Source: Nitrososphaerota archaeon
GTDB lineage: Archaea; Thermoproteota; Nitrososphaeria; Nitrososphaerales; Nitrosopumilaceae
NCBI GenBank assembly: GCA_028867755.1
Contig: JAGWFT010000001.1
Span: 644,727 to 708,726 of the forward strand
Length of the DNA stretch: 64,000 bases
Reading direction: 5' to 3'
The notes under the pieces are model-generated. The model had not been told where the DNA came from, made no database searches, and saw only the letters and a list, made by a program, of their open reading frames with translations. Made by a program: the position numbers and the translations under genes. Shown here piece by piece: positions 38,125 to 47,242 of this stretch (within the stretch, counting starts at the first letter, position 1; the number at the start of each line of letters is the position of its first letter).

Positions 38125-39366
38125 GTGATTAACGCTAGAGTTACTTTTAGGAAGTCTCCTATACACATGCTTGAGCGATTTACATTTCGTGATATTGACT
38201 CAGCTTACGAGTCTTTTCTAAAACATTCAGGATTACAAGAATGTGTTCTATTACAAACCTGTAACAGGGTAGAATTGTTTGGATTTGGCAATAATGATGA
38301 TATTGAAAGGATCAAAAAGACATGGGCGTCTGTATCAGGACTTGAACAAAATGCCTTCAAAGAAAACTTGGAGATAAGCCAAGGAACAGAAGCATATCAA
38401 CATCTTCTAAAACTTACCTCTGGACTTGACTCGCTTGTTGTTGGTGAAGAACAAATTCTTGGGCAGATAAAAGAATCAATTAGTGCAGCACGTGAGCTTA
38501 AAGCATCTGGAAGCACGCTGAACACTTTATTTGACAAAGCAATTCGCGTAGGAACGCGAGTAAGACATGCGACAGGAATCAGTAGGGGAAGTATCTCTAT
38601 TGGTTCAATGGCAGTAAAGCTTGCTGAGGAAACCATTGATGATCTAAAATCAAAAAACATACTCTTGATTGGCACAGGAGAAGCTGCAAGCCTTGTGGCA
38701 AAATCTCTCAAAAAACGTGGAATTGACTTTAATGTGACTAGCAGGACATTTGAACGCTCAAAATCTTTTGCAGAAACTGTGGGTGGAAACCCAATCAAGT
38801 TTGAAGGAATCATAGCAAACTTCAAGTCAGTTGATGTACTTTTTGTTGCAACTGTAGCTCCATATTTTTTGGTGACATACGATAGGGTCAAAGAAGCAAT
38901 GGAATCGCGCAAAAATGGTATGTTGATAATGGATCTATCAAATCCCAGAACTGTGGATGAGAAAGTTGCCACTATAAAGAAGATTAAAATGATGAATCTT
39001 GATCAGATTGCAGAAATGGTAGATAAGAACATGCGAACAAGAATGGGCGTAGTATCATCAGCAGAGAAGATAATTAATGAGGAGCTACCAGTAGTAGAAG
39101 CAGCAATGAAGAGACTCGAGGTAGAACCAATAGTAAAAAATGTATTCAAGGAAATTGACCAGGCACGAGTAAAGGAACTCAAAAAAGCACTACAAATGCT
39201 TGGAGAAACAGATGAACAAAAAATCAGAATCATTGACCAACTCACGCAAGCAATAGTGGAAGATATCATATCAGTCCCAATGAATAACTTACGAAAGGCA
39301 TCTGAGCAGGGAGACTCTGAAATTCTTAGAACTGTCACAAAGCTCTTTGACTATAAGAAAGAGTAA
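38125..39366 (+). CDS. hemA: Glutamyl-tRNA reductase
   Basis: LQTCNRVE, SGLDSLVVGEEQILGQIK, IGTGE, DLSNPR. Confidence 0.96.
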   Translation: MINARVTFRKSPIHMLERFTFRDIDSAYESFLKHSGLQECVLLQTCNRVELFGFGNNDDIERIKKTWASVSGLEQNAFKENLEISQGTEAYQHLLKLTSGLDSLVVGEEQILGQIKESISAARELKASGSTLNTLFDKAIRVGTRVRHATGISRGSISIGSMAVKLAEETIDDLKSKNILLIGTGEAASLVAKSLKKRGIDFNVTSRTFERSKSFAETVGGNPIKFEGIIANFKSVDVLFVATVAPYFLVTYDRVKEAMESRKNGMLIMDLSNPRTVDEKVATIKKIKMMNLDQIAEMVDKNMRTRMGVVSSAEKIINEELPVVEAAMKRLEVEPIVKNVFKEIDQARVKELKKALQMLGETDEQKIRIIDQLTQAIVEDIISVPMNNLRKASEQGDSEILRTVTKLFDYKKE

Positions 39367-39400
39367 CAAATTATATTGCTAGAAAATTGTCATTTTCGTA

Positions 39401-40381
39401 ATGTCTTATCCCAACCTACGTCTTCGAAGACTAAGAAAGACTAGCAAGATTCGTGAGCTGTTAGAAGAGGTAAGGCTTTCACCAAAGGACCTAATTTGTC
39501 CAATATTTGTTCAAGAAGATCTAAAATCAAAACTACAGGGAGAGTCTATGCCAGGATTTGAAAGATTACCACTAAAAGATGTGGTAGATGAAGCAAACTC
39601 TATTGCAGAATTAAAGATTCCAGCAGTCATGGTTTTTGGAATTCCATCACACAAAGACGACAAGGGTACATCTGCATTTGCACAAGACGGTGTTGTACAA
39701 AAGGCAATTTCTGAAATCAGAAAAAACCTTGGCAATGAGATTGCTATCATGTCAGATGTCTGTCTTTGTCAGTATACTAGCTCAGGACACTGTGGGCTGG
39801 TAAAAGGCGATAAAATTGATAATGACTCTAGCCTTGATACATTAGCAAAGATAGCAGTAAGCCAAGCCAAAGCAGGTGCAGATGTTGTTTCGCCATCTGC
39901 CATGATGGACGGGCAAGTCAAGGCAATAAGACATGCACTTGATGATGCTGGATTTACAGATGTAGCAATCATGTCTCATTCTGCAAAACATAGGTCATCG
40001 CTTTATTCCCCGTTCAAAGATATGGCACATTCTGCTCCACAGTTTGGAGATAGGAAGACCTACCAACTTCCATATACCAACCCAAAAGAAGCTATGAGGG
40101 AAGTTGAGACTGACATTGCAGAAGGTGTGGACATTATAATGATAAAACCTGCATTGGCATATCTTGACTTGATTGCAACAACAAGACAAAAGTTTAACGT
40201 GCCAATATCGGCATACAGTGTATCAGGCGAATATGCCTTGGTAAAAGCCGCTGCACTGCAGGGGTGGATAGATGAAAAAGAGGTTACACTAGAAATTTTG
40301 ACCGCAATCAAAAGGGCTGGAGCAGACATGATAGTAACCTATTTTTCAAAGATTGCCGCAAAAGCACTCGGCGAGAAATGA
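39401..40381 (+). CDS. hemB: Porphobilinogen synthase
   Basis: DVCLCQYTSSGHCG, SPSAMMDG, IMIKPALAYLD, YSVSGEY. Confidence 0.97.
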   Translation: MSYPNLRLRRLRKTSKIRELLEEVRLSPKDLICPIFVQEDLKSKLQGESMPGFERLPLKDVVDEANSIAELKIPAVMVFGIPSHKDDKGTSAFAQDGVVQKAISEIRKNLGNEIAIMSDVCLCQYTSSGHCGLVKGDKIDNDSSLDTLAKIAVSQAKAGADVVSPSAMMDGQVKAIRHALDDAGFTDVAIMSHSAKHRSSLYSPFKDMAHSAPQFGDRKTYQLPYTNPKEAMREVETDIAEGVDIIMIKPALAYLDLIATTRQKFNVPISAYSVSGEYALVKAAALQGWIDEKEVTLEILTAIKRAGADMIVTYFSKIAAKALGEK

Positions 40382-40689
40382 GGGACGACGAAGGCTTTGA
40401 GATAGACCGTGCTTTTGATCTATTGCCACATGTTGTAGGCGCAAGCTGGGCTACTATATGGTTTAGAATGAACAGAATCAGGAGGCCAAGTGTTGAAGAA
40501 TTTCGAAACAAAGTTGCTGAATACTATAAGATGCTAGATTCTTTAGTTGATGTTTATTCTCAAGACGAAAAATTCGCAGATATGACAAGGCATATCAAGA
40601 TGAGATATCAGGAAGAGATGGATAGGATACTCAAGGGAAAAAATCAAGAAATAGAAAAAAGATTCAAAAGATATCTAGATTATGGCTAG
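40378..40689 (+). CDS. Hypothetical protein
   Basis: 103-aa ORF overlapping the hemB stop. Confidence 0.75.
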   Translation: MRDDEGFEIDRAFDLLPHVVGASWATIWFRMNRIRRPSVEEFRNKVAEYYKMLDSLVDVYSQDEKFADMTRHIKMRYQEEMDRILKGKNQEIEKRFKRYLDYG

Positions 40690-41318
40690 ATCTCTTCTCT
40701 GAGCTCATCTAGAAACTGTTTCATTATTTTTACTCTTCTTCTTGCTTCTTGTTTTGCACTATTGGTGTTCATTTTTTTCTCTAAGAGTAATAGTTTTTTG
40801 TAAAAATGGTCCAAAGTCCATTTTTTATCGTCTGGTTTGTGAGTCTTGCAAAAAGGGTCGTTATTATTGTAAAATGGTCTCTTTTCAGCACCTCCGACAG
40901 AAAATGTTCTTGCAATACCTATTGCACCCATTGCATCAAGCCTATCCGCATCTTGAAGTATTTTTCCTACCGCTGTCTCTGGTACCATGCCTCTAGAGAA
41001 ACTGTGGTCCCGAATTGCATCTGAAATTATTTTTATCTCTTTTTCCGTGTACCTGTATCTGCCCAGAATTTGTCTTGCCTTTACTGCACTTTCTACAGAT
41101 GAGTTCTTGGATCTTGGATCAGATTTTGGATAAGATACAATGTCGTGTAAGAGAGCAGCAGCAAGTACAACCCTTGAATTTACTCGTTCCATCCTTGCAA
41201 GTCTTTTGGCATTATTGTACACCCGCATAATGTGTTCGAAATCATGAGCGGGATCGTTTTTTCTCACTTTCCTTCTTACTTGTTCCCTAAGCCTTTCAAT
41301 AGGACCTATCTTTTTCAT
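40686..41318 (-). CDS. HD-domain phosphohydrolase
   Basis: AHDFEH...LLHDI...HSFS...LQDADRLDAMGAIGIAR. Confidence 0.92.
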   Translation of the reverse strand: MKKIGPIERLREQVRRKVRKNDPAHDFEHIMRVYNNAKRLARMERVNSRVVLAAALLHDIVSYPKSDPRSKNSSVESAVKARQILGRYRYTEKEIKIISDAIRDHSFSRGMVPETAVGKILQDADRLDAMGAIGIARTFSVGGAEKRPFYNNNDPFCKTHKPDDKKWTLDHFYKKLLLLEKKMNTNSAKQEARRRVKIMKQFLDELREEI

Positions 41319-41519
41319 TGAAACTAAATCACCGTTATGATCTACATGGACATAAACTGGTTGTATGAAACATGCTTGAACACTATATCCTTGAAAATTT
41401 TAGAATTTGTTGGTGTCATTCTTGTATTTCATAGAACAATATTCTGAAAGAATCTCCTTTTTGAAAAAAATAGATGAATCGTTCAATATATTTATAAATT
41501 AAAATTGTATAATAATACT

Positions 41520-41642
41520 ATGAGCTCAAAGGCATGGAAATGTTATAGGTGCAATCTTGTTTTTACTGATGCATCCCATGCCGACTTGCATGTAGATCTC
41601 TCAAAACATACGGTCAGAGAGATAGATCTCATCAAAGCATAA
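41520..41642 (+). CDS. Small C2H2-type zinc-finger protein (40 aa)
   Basis: Manual translation MSSKAWKCYRCNLVFTDASHADLHVDLSKHTVREIDLIKA; TTTATAAA upstream. Confidence 0.72.
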   Translation: MSSKAWKCYRCNLVFTDASHADLHVDLSKHTVREIDLIKA

Positions 41643-41684
41643 GACTGCGATAATCTTATTGCCAAAGGGCAGTCAATACTCTTT

Positions 41685-42938
41685 ATGTCCTTTTCAAATC
41701 TATCCAAGATGAATTTTGAAGTCTCTGACGAACAAAAAAGTTTTCTTGGACAAGTGGACATGGCATGCAAGTCCATTCGAGATTATGAAACCAAATGCTA
41801 TCTTGAAGAAAAACCAAATGATATGATAGTTCCAGAGTTTGGAAAGATTGGAATGCTTGGATGTCCAATCTCAAAAAGATACGGAGGACTAGGTTATGAC
41901 ATTCTAACATACGTATTTGCACTTGAAAGGATAGGAAGAGAAGGTAATTCGTTACGCACATTTTTTTCTGCACATGTATCAATAGGACAGATGGTTTTAC
42001 AAAATTGGGCAGATGAGGAACAAAAAAGACAGTATCTCCCTGATACCACATCAGGTAAAAACATCATGGCATTTGGGCTAACTGAACCTGAGGCAGGTAG
42101 TGACCCTGGCTCCATTACTACAAAGTTTGAGGAAAGTGGAGATAGTTTTATTCTAAACGGTAAAAAGCACTGGGTGGGAAATGGAACACTCGCCAAAATC
42201 ATGACTACATATGCAAGAGGCCCAGATGGAAGAATCTCTGCATTTATTGTAGATACAGATTCAAAGGGATTTCATGCAGAGGAAATGAAAAACAAGATGG
42301 GTTTGCTTAGCATAAAAAATGCAGAGATTAAATTTGAAAATTGTGTTATTCCAAAAAAGAATCTTTTGGGAACAAAGGGAAAAGGATTGAGCATAGCTTA
42401 CAGTGCTTTGATAGATGGAAGGCTGAGCGTTGCAGCAGGAGCAATAGGTGTAATGAAGGACTGTCTTGAAGAATCTATTAGACACTCTAAAAAAAGAGAA
42501 CAACACGGATCAGTACTTGCAAAAAAACAATTAATCCAGGAGCATATCTCTACAATGATACTAAATGTGGAAAGCTCACGATGGCTTGTTTATCGTGCAG
42601 CTATGGTAAGGCAAAAACTCCATGAATATGTAGAAAACTTGAAGGAAAAGGACCCAAACTGGCAGGAAAAGCTGAACCGCGAAGACAAGGAATACTCTAC
42701 ATTGAGAGGAAAGGCAGACAGGCTTGCTGCAATAGCTAAACTACATTCAACAAATGCTGCTTTTGACTCGGCAAATAGGGCAGTTCAGGTCTTTGGGTCC
42801 TTTGCATACCAGAAGACCGCCCGGGTAGCAAGGCACTTTTTGGACTCGCGCGCAATCATAATTTACGAAGGTGCAAATGAGGTTCTAAAGCTAAAGATAG
42901 CCTCGCTTGAGCTTGGTGACAAATATCAGGCATATTAG
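41685..42938 (+). CDS. Acyl-CoA dehydrogenase family protein
   Basis: AFGLTEPEAGSD, LNGKKHWVGN, GRLSVAA, IYEGANEV. Confidence 0.93.
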   Translation: MSFSNLSKMNFEVSDEQKSFLGQVDMACKSIRDYETKCYLEEKPNDMIVPEFGKIGMLGCPISKRYGGLGYDILTYVFALERIGREGNSLRTFFSAHVSIGQMVLQNWADEEQKRQYLPDTTSGKNIMAFGLTEPEAGSDPGSITTKFEESGDSFILNGKKHWVGNGTLAKIMTTYARGPDGRISAFIVDTDSKGFHAEEMKNKMGLLSIKNAEIKFENCVIPKKNLLGTKGKGLSIAYSALIDGRLSVAAGAIGVMKDCLEESIRHSKKREQHGSVLAKKQLIQEHISTMILNVESSRWLVYRAAMVRQKLHEYVENLKEKDPNWQEKLNREDKEYSTLRGKADRLAAIAKLHSTNAAFDSANRAVQVFGSFAYQKTARVARHFLDSRAIIIYEGANEVLKLKIASLELGDKYQAY

Positions 42939-42956
42939 CTATTTTCTATTGGTATT

Positions 42957-43685
42957 TTATTTCTGAATTTCTTGATTTTCAACATGTGGCTGAACCTTGT
43001 TCCACAACCATCCAAGTATCAAGGCATTAACAATCCAGTATGCTGTCATTGTGATTGCAGATATGGCTCTAAATCCATTGACTAGTTCCATCGGTGTTGA
43101 GATTTTGTCTGGGTTTGGCGGCATTATGACAAACATTGCACCGATAAAAACTGCATATCCCAAAAATGCGACAAATTTTTTGTTTTGCATCTTTTTGTAG
43201 AGTCTTGAAAATCCAAAAGCGCCAAGACCTGATAACGCTACAAATAATGCATATGTTGTAGCACGAAGCACTATAGTGTGAGGGTCACCTACTGTTGGTG
43301 GATTTGCAGGATATTTTAAAAACGGAATGAAATAAAGTGCTGCCCACATTATGGTTGCAAGTAGAAGAGCTTTTTTGACATTGTTTTGACCTGGAAGCAT
43401 GTGTCTTGAATATGCAAAGACTAGTCCAAACAATGAACCTGTTGCAATTCCAAGTATGCCACCAGATACTACGGAACCCTCTTTCTGCCATGTTCTATAG
43501 TCGCTAAATTGCTGCCAAAACTGTGGAGTGTTTTGAGTCTGTCCCTCATCAAACATACGTTGGTTCTCAATTCCTATAGCTCTGTCAAGATATGGTTCAA
43601 CAACTGCTACATTAATTATGCCATGAAATAATCCCGCCAAAAGACCTGCAATTACTACAATAAAGAGAAAGGAAAGGGTTTTCAC
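42957..43685 (-). CDS. cbtA: Putative cobalt transporter subunit CbtA
   Basis: EPYLDRAIGIE, PFLKYPANPPTVGDP; follows CbtB. Confidence 0.9.
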   Translation of the reverse strand: MKTLSFLFIVVIAGLLAGLFHGIINVAVVEPYLDRAIGIENQRMFDEGQTQNTPQFWQQFSDYRTWQKEGSVVSGGILGIATGSLFGLVFAYSRHMLPGQNNVKKALLLATIMWAALYFIPFLKYPANPPTVGDPHTIVLRATTYALFVALSGLGAFGFSRLYKKMQNKKFVAFLGYAVFIGAMFVIMPPNPDKISTPMELVNGFRAISAITMTAYWIVNALILGWLWNKVQPHVENQEIQK

Positions 43686-43696
43686 GTCATATCACG

Positions 43697-43924
43697 CTAG
43701 TGACATGGAAAACCTGATGCGTGTCTCATATCGTGGGTAAACTCATGTAGGTATCCTACGCCGTTCATCTGACCGTAGGCCATTTGACCTTCTGCTATGC
43801 TAAACAGCTGTCCTTGATCAAAACCCACTACGAAATACCCCAGTCCAAACAACGCAAACAGAGCTACTGCAGCAATTATTGGAACCACACGCCGTGTTTT
43901 TGTTATTTGAGATGTGTTTACCAT
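43697..43924 (-). CDS. cbtB: CbtB-domain protein
   Basis: One TM helix, C-terminal LHEFTHDMRHASGFPCH. Confidence 0.9.
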   Translation of the reverse strand: MVNTSQITKTRRVVPIIAAVALFALFGLGYFVVGFDQGQLFSIAEGQMAYGQMNGVGYLHEFTHDMRHASGFPCH

Positions 43925-43959
43925 TTCTATATCAAAACTGTTCGGCATTTATTTAAACT

Positions 43960-43978
43960 ATTGGACAGTTTATCCAAT
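43960..43978. promoter_or_regulatory. 19-bp palindrome ATTGGA-N7-TCCAAT next to the cbtBA TATA box
   Basis: Lies immediately upstream of TTTAAATA (43950-43957, minus strand). Confidence 0.45.
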
Positions 43979-44095
43979 GCTGTATTACATCATATCTTGA
44001 TAGGATCACATGATATCATAAAAAATAATTTATAAAATTGCAGTTCGTCTGATCTAAGTTTTGAGATACAGTTTTGACAGTACTAAAAATGTAAT

Positions 44096-45307
44096 CTAGT
44101 CCCTTGATAAGACTTGGTTCATTATGGACAAGCCTTGCTCTACCTGTTCTTTTGTTATTACAAGTGGAGGTATGATTCTAAGGGATTTTTGACCAGCACC
44201 AAGTGTAAGCAAGCCATTTCTAAACAACTTGACTATCTTTTTTTCTCTGCGTATTTTTGTGTCAAACTCTAGGCCGATCATAAGGCCTAGTCCTCTTACG
44301 TCAACTACTCCCTTTTTGCCTACAAGTTCTTGCAGTCCACGCTTTAGTATATTGCCCATCTTAGTTGCATTCTCTAGCAACTTATCACGTTTTATGACAT
44401 GGATTGTTTTGGTCCCGACTGCCATGTCTATTCTGCTTCCCCCTCCCCAAGTACTAGAAAGAGCAGATCTGTCACTTGGCTCAAATTTCTTGTTGTATAT
44501 TGCAGCTCCAACCTGCAAAGCCTTGGCGGTACTCATGATATCAGGAGTTACTCCGTAATGCTCAAAAGCCCACCACTTGCCTGTATGGCCAAGACCAGAC
44601 TGCACTTCGTCCAAAATTAGAGGTACGCCATATTGCGTAGCATATTTTCTCAAGTTTCTGATGAATTTTTTGCTTGCAACATAATATCCACCCTCTCCCT
44701 GAATCACTTCAGTTAGGATGAACGCAACCTTGTTTTCCTTTAGCAAAGATTCTAAAGCATTAATCTCAGGATCGTTATCATTTGTGCAGAACTTGATTCT
44801 CTTGACTGGAATCTCTGGAAAGTTGTACTTGTGCACTGGTCTGCTAGACGTAAAGCTAAGTGCTCCAAGTGTTCTTCCGTGAAATGCTCCAAGACACGAG
44901 ACTCCAGGTAGAGGCCCCATCTTCCGGTATGCAATCTTTATTGAATTTTCTACCGCCTCTGCACCGCTGTTGATAAAAAATGCCTTAAAGTTTCTTGGTA
45001 TTATGGTAGATATAATTTCTGCAAGGTCAGCATGTTCTTTGGAGTAAAAGTCCTGTCCTGCAATCTTGTGGGTTCCATTTGTGGAATATTCTGCTAATAC
45101 TTCCATTATGTCAGGATGTGAGTATCCTATGGGGCACGCACCAATGTTGGAAGTAAAATCAAGAAATTTGTTACCATCAGGATCCTCGATGATACAATCA
45201 TGACCATTTGCAATTACTAATGGGTACACAAATGTGGAATCGTACGCATATTTTCTCATTGTATCAATGATACGCTTTGAGTTTGGGCCTGGAATCTTTT
45301 TGTTCAT
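44096..45307 (-). CDS. Class III PLP-dependent aminotransferase
   Basis: NSGAEAVE, FHGRTLGAL, EVIQGEGGY, DEVQSGLGHTG, PDIMSTAK. Confidence 0.93.
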   Translation of the reverse strand: MNKKIPGPNSKRIIDTMRKYAYDSTFVYPLVIANGHDCIIEDPDGNKFLDFTSNIGACPIGYSHPDIMEVLAEYSTNGTHKIAGQDFYSKEHADLAEIISTIIPRNFKAFFINSGAEAVENSIKIAYRKMGPLPGVSCLGAFHGRTLGALSFTSSRPVHKYNFPEIPVKRIKFCTNDNDPEINALESLLKENKVAFILTEVIQGEGGYYVASKKFIRNLRKYATQYGVPLILDEVQSGLGHTGKWWAFEHYGVTPDIMSTAKALQVGAAIYNKKFEPSDRSALSSTWGGGSRIDMAVGTKTIHVIKRDKLLENATKMGNILKRGLQELVGKKGVVDVRGLGLMIGLEFDTKIRREKKIVKLFRNGLLTLGAGQKSLRIIPPLVITKEQVEQGLSIMNQVLSRD

Positions 45308-45446
45308 AATTTATTTTTCTATATACTATACAATAGAAAAATTTTCTAATAAAGACTATCATAGATATCTATGGGCGAAAACCACAGGGGATTTGACGAA
45401 CCAAATCGCAAACAAAGGCAAAGAAGAGCTAAAAAGGCAAGGAAAG

Positions 45447-45545
45447 TGCAGAGGGAGGGATTTGAACCCCCGAACCCCTAAAGGAAAGGATTTCCCATGC
45501 CAGATCTTGAGTCCTTCTCGGTTGGCCGGGCTTCGATACCTCTGC
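45447..45545 (-). tRNA. tRNA-Leu(CAA) with a 14-nt intron at 37/38 (45492-45505)
   Basis: AAGGA-CT-CAA-G[ATCTGGCATGGGAA]A-TCCTT; long variable arm; CTCA/TGGG central helix. Confidence 0.93.
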
Positions 45546-45614
45546 AACGAAAGATTTGGACATTGAATATATAAACTGAAACCGTAGTTTTGAATTCTGA
45601 CTTTGGATTATTTT

Positions 45615-45761
45615 TTAATTTAGTAGTTTTTCTGATATTGCAGGCATCGTATAGAAGAATTCATCTTCAAAAGCAAAATCCTGTTTTCCCTGCTTTCTTA
45701 ATGACTCAAAATAGCTCATACAATTTGCATAGAACTCATTTGATTGATTTTCTTGAGGCAT
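45615..45761 (-). CDS. Small hypothetical protein (48 aa)
   Basis: Manual translation MPQENQSNEFYANCMSYFESLRKQGKQDFAFEDEFFYTMPAISEKLLN. Confidence 0.6.
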   Translation of the reverse strand: MPQENQSNEFYANCMSYFESLRKQGKQDFAFEDEFFYTMPAISEKLLN

Positions 45762-45848
45762 GTATAAGATACTTTCAGAAAAGGGGTTTGTTTTGATATG
45801 TAAGAAATTTTAGACACATTTATTGTCTTTTTTTAATTCTGAAATGTT

Positions 45849-46283
45849 CTAGCTGAGAAGGCTTTGTACGAACTCGATATGATTTGAGGTGCTCAATCCT
45901 TCCACTATCTTTTCTATCTTACTGTCAAGTCCTATGAGATACGTTATTCTCTTTGTATACATGCCAAGTGCTCCTTTTGCATTATAAAGACCGGCAACTT
46001 TCTTACCTGGATCTGACAAAAGCTTGAACTGTAATTCATTTCTCTGACAGAACTCCTTGTGTGATTCTTCTGAATCTTGATTTATTCCAAATATTTCATA
46101 TTGGTCAGAAATCTTTGGGAAATAGTCTCTAAATCCACGTACCTCTGCAGTACATCCGGGGGTGTTGTCTTTTACATAAAAAAACAAGATGACTTTTTTC
46201 TTACCAATATGTGATGATAGCCTGACAGTTTCTCCAGTATCTGCTTTTAGTTCAAAATCTGGTGCAATATCGCCAACTTGCAT
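45849..46283 (-). CDS. bcp: Peroxiredoxin, Bcp type
   Basis: GDIAPDFEL, KDNTPGCTAE, LLSDP, KRITYLI. Confidence 0.9.
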   Translation of the reverse strand: MQVGDIAPDFELKADTGETVRLSSHIGKKKVILFFYVKDNTPGCTAEVRGFRDYFPKISDQYEIFGINQDSEESHKEFCQRNELQFKLLSDPGKKVAGLYNAKGALGMYTKRITYLIGLDSKIEKIVEGLSTSNHIEFVQSLLS

Positions 46284-46319
46284 ATATCTTTGAAAAATGA
46301 ATTTAATTTAACTTTTTTT

Positions 46320-47108
46320 TTAAGAACTAGTTTGCTCAGAAGAATCTTGGATTCCAAGCCAAGAGTACCCTTTTTGTTCCAACTCGTCTGCAAGCTCCTT
46401 TGGACCTTCCTTTATCATTTTTCCTTGTGCCATGACATGTACATAATCAAGTTTGTCCAAAAACTTGAGTATCCTTGCATAATGCGTGATTACTATTACT
46501 GTTGCATCTTTTCGTGATACTTGGCTTATTGCCTTTGCAACTGCTTGTACTGCGTCAATGTCCAATCCTGAGTCTGGTTCATCAAGAATTGATATTTTTG
46601 GTTGGAGTACTGCCATCTGTAACACTTCTGATCTCTTTTTTTCACCGCCGGAAAATCCCTCGTTAAGATATCTTGATAAAAAGTCTTGTCTTAGCCCTAC
46701 TTGATCTAGATTCTTTTTTAGATAATTCTGAAATTCTCTTACTGTCAAAAAAACTTCACGATTCTGGTCGCCAAGTGACTTACTCAATGCATTGTAAGCA
46801 GTTCTTAGAAAATGTGAATATCCTACACCTGCTACCTCTGTTGGATATTGGAATGCCAAGAATAGCCCCTTCTTTGCTCTTTCATCAGCTGACATATCAA
46901 GAATGCTTTGTCCATCTAGGAGAATGTCGCCACTTGTCACCTCGTATTTTGGGTGACCTAAAATTGTATAAGCCAAAGTGCTCTTCCCTGATCCGTTTGG
47001 GCCCATTATTGCATGTACCTCGCCAGGACTTGTCTTGAGATTTACTCCCTTGAGAATTTCCTTGCCTTCTCTTTGAGCGTGCAAGTCTTTGATTTCAAGT
47101 ATTGCCAT
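46320..47108 (-). CDS. sufC: Fe-S assembly ATPase SufC
   Basis: GPNGSGKST, LFLAFQYP, LNEGFSGGEKKR, ILDEPDSGLDIDA. Confidence 0.96.
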   Translation of the reverse strand: MAILEIKDLHAQREGKEILKGVNLKTSPGEVHAIMGPNGSGKSTLAYTILGHPKYEVTSGDILLDGQSILDMSADERAKKGLFLAFQYPTEVAGVGYSHFLRTAYNALSKSLGDQNREVFLTVREFQNYLKKNLDQVGLRQDFLSRYLNEGFSGGEKKRSEVLQMAVLQPKISILDEPDSGLDIDAVQAVAKAISQVSRKDATVIVITHYARILKFLDKLDYVHVMAQGKMIKEGPKELADELEQKGYSWLGIQDSSEQTSS

Positions 47109-47150
47109 GCACATCTCCAATGGGTTTTCGATATATAATCTAACAAAAAA

Positions 47151-47164
47151 TTAGATCAAGCTAA
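47151..47164 (-). promoter_or_regulatory. TTAG-N6-CTAA palindrome upstream of sufC
   Basis: TTAGCTTGATCTAA on the minus strand, upstream of TATA ATTATATA; matches the sufB sites. Confidence 0.65.
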
Positions 47165-47242
47165 TGGATGTTCTAAGGTTGTAGAATGATTCGAGAGATA
47201 CAAATCTGTTATTGATATGAGAAATAAACAAAAAGGAAGGGG

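Noticed and set aside
43925-44095. Cobalamin riboswitch upstream of cbtB
   Set aside because: AT-rich, no B12-box-like sequence, and the TATA lies directly before the start codon
41319-45446. Genomic island integrated at tRNA-Leu
   Set aside because: No integrase, no duplicated tRNA 3' end, no obvious compositional shift
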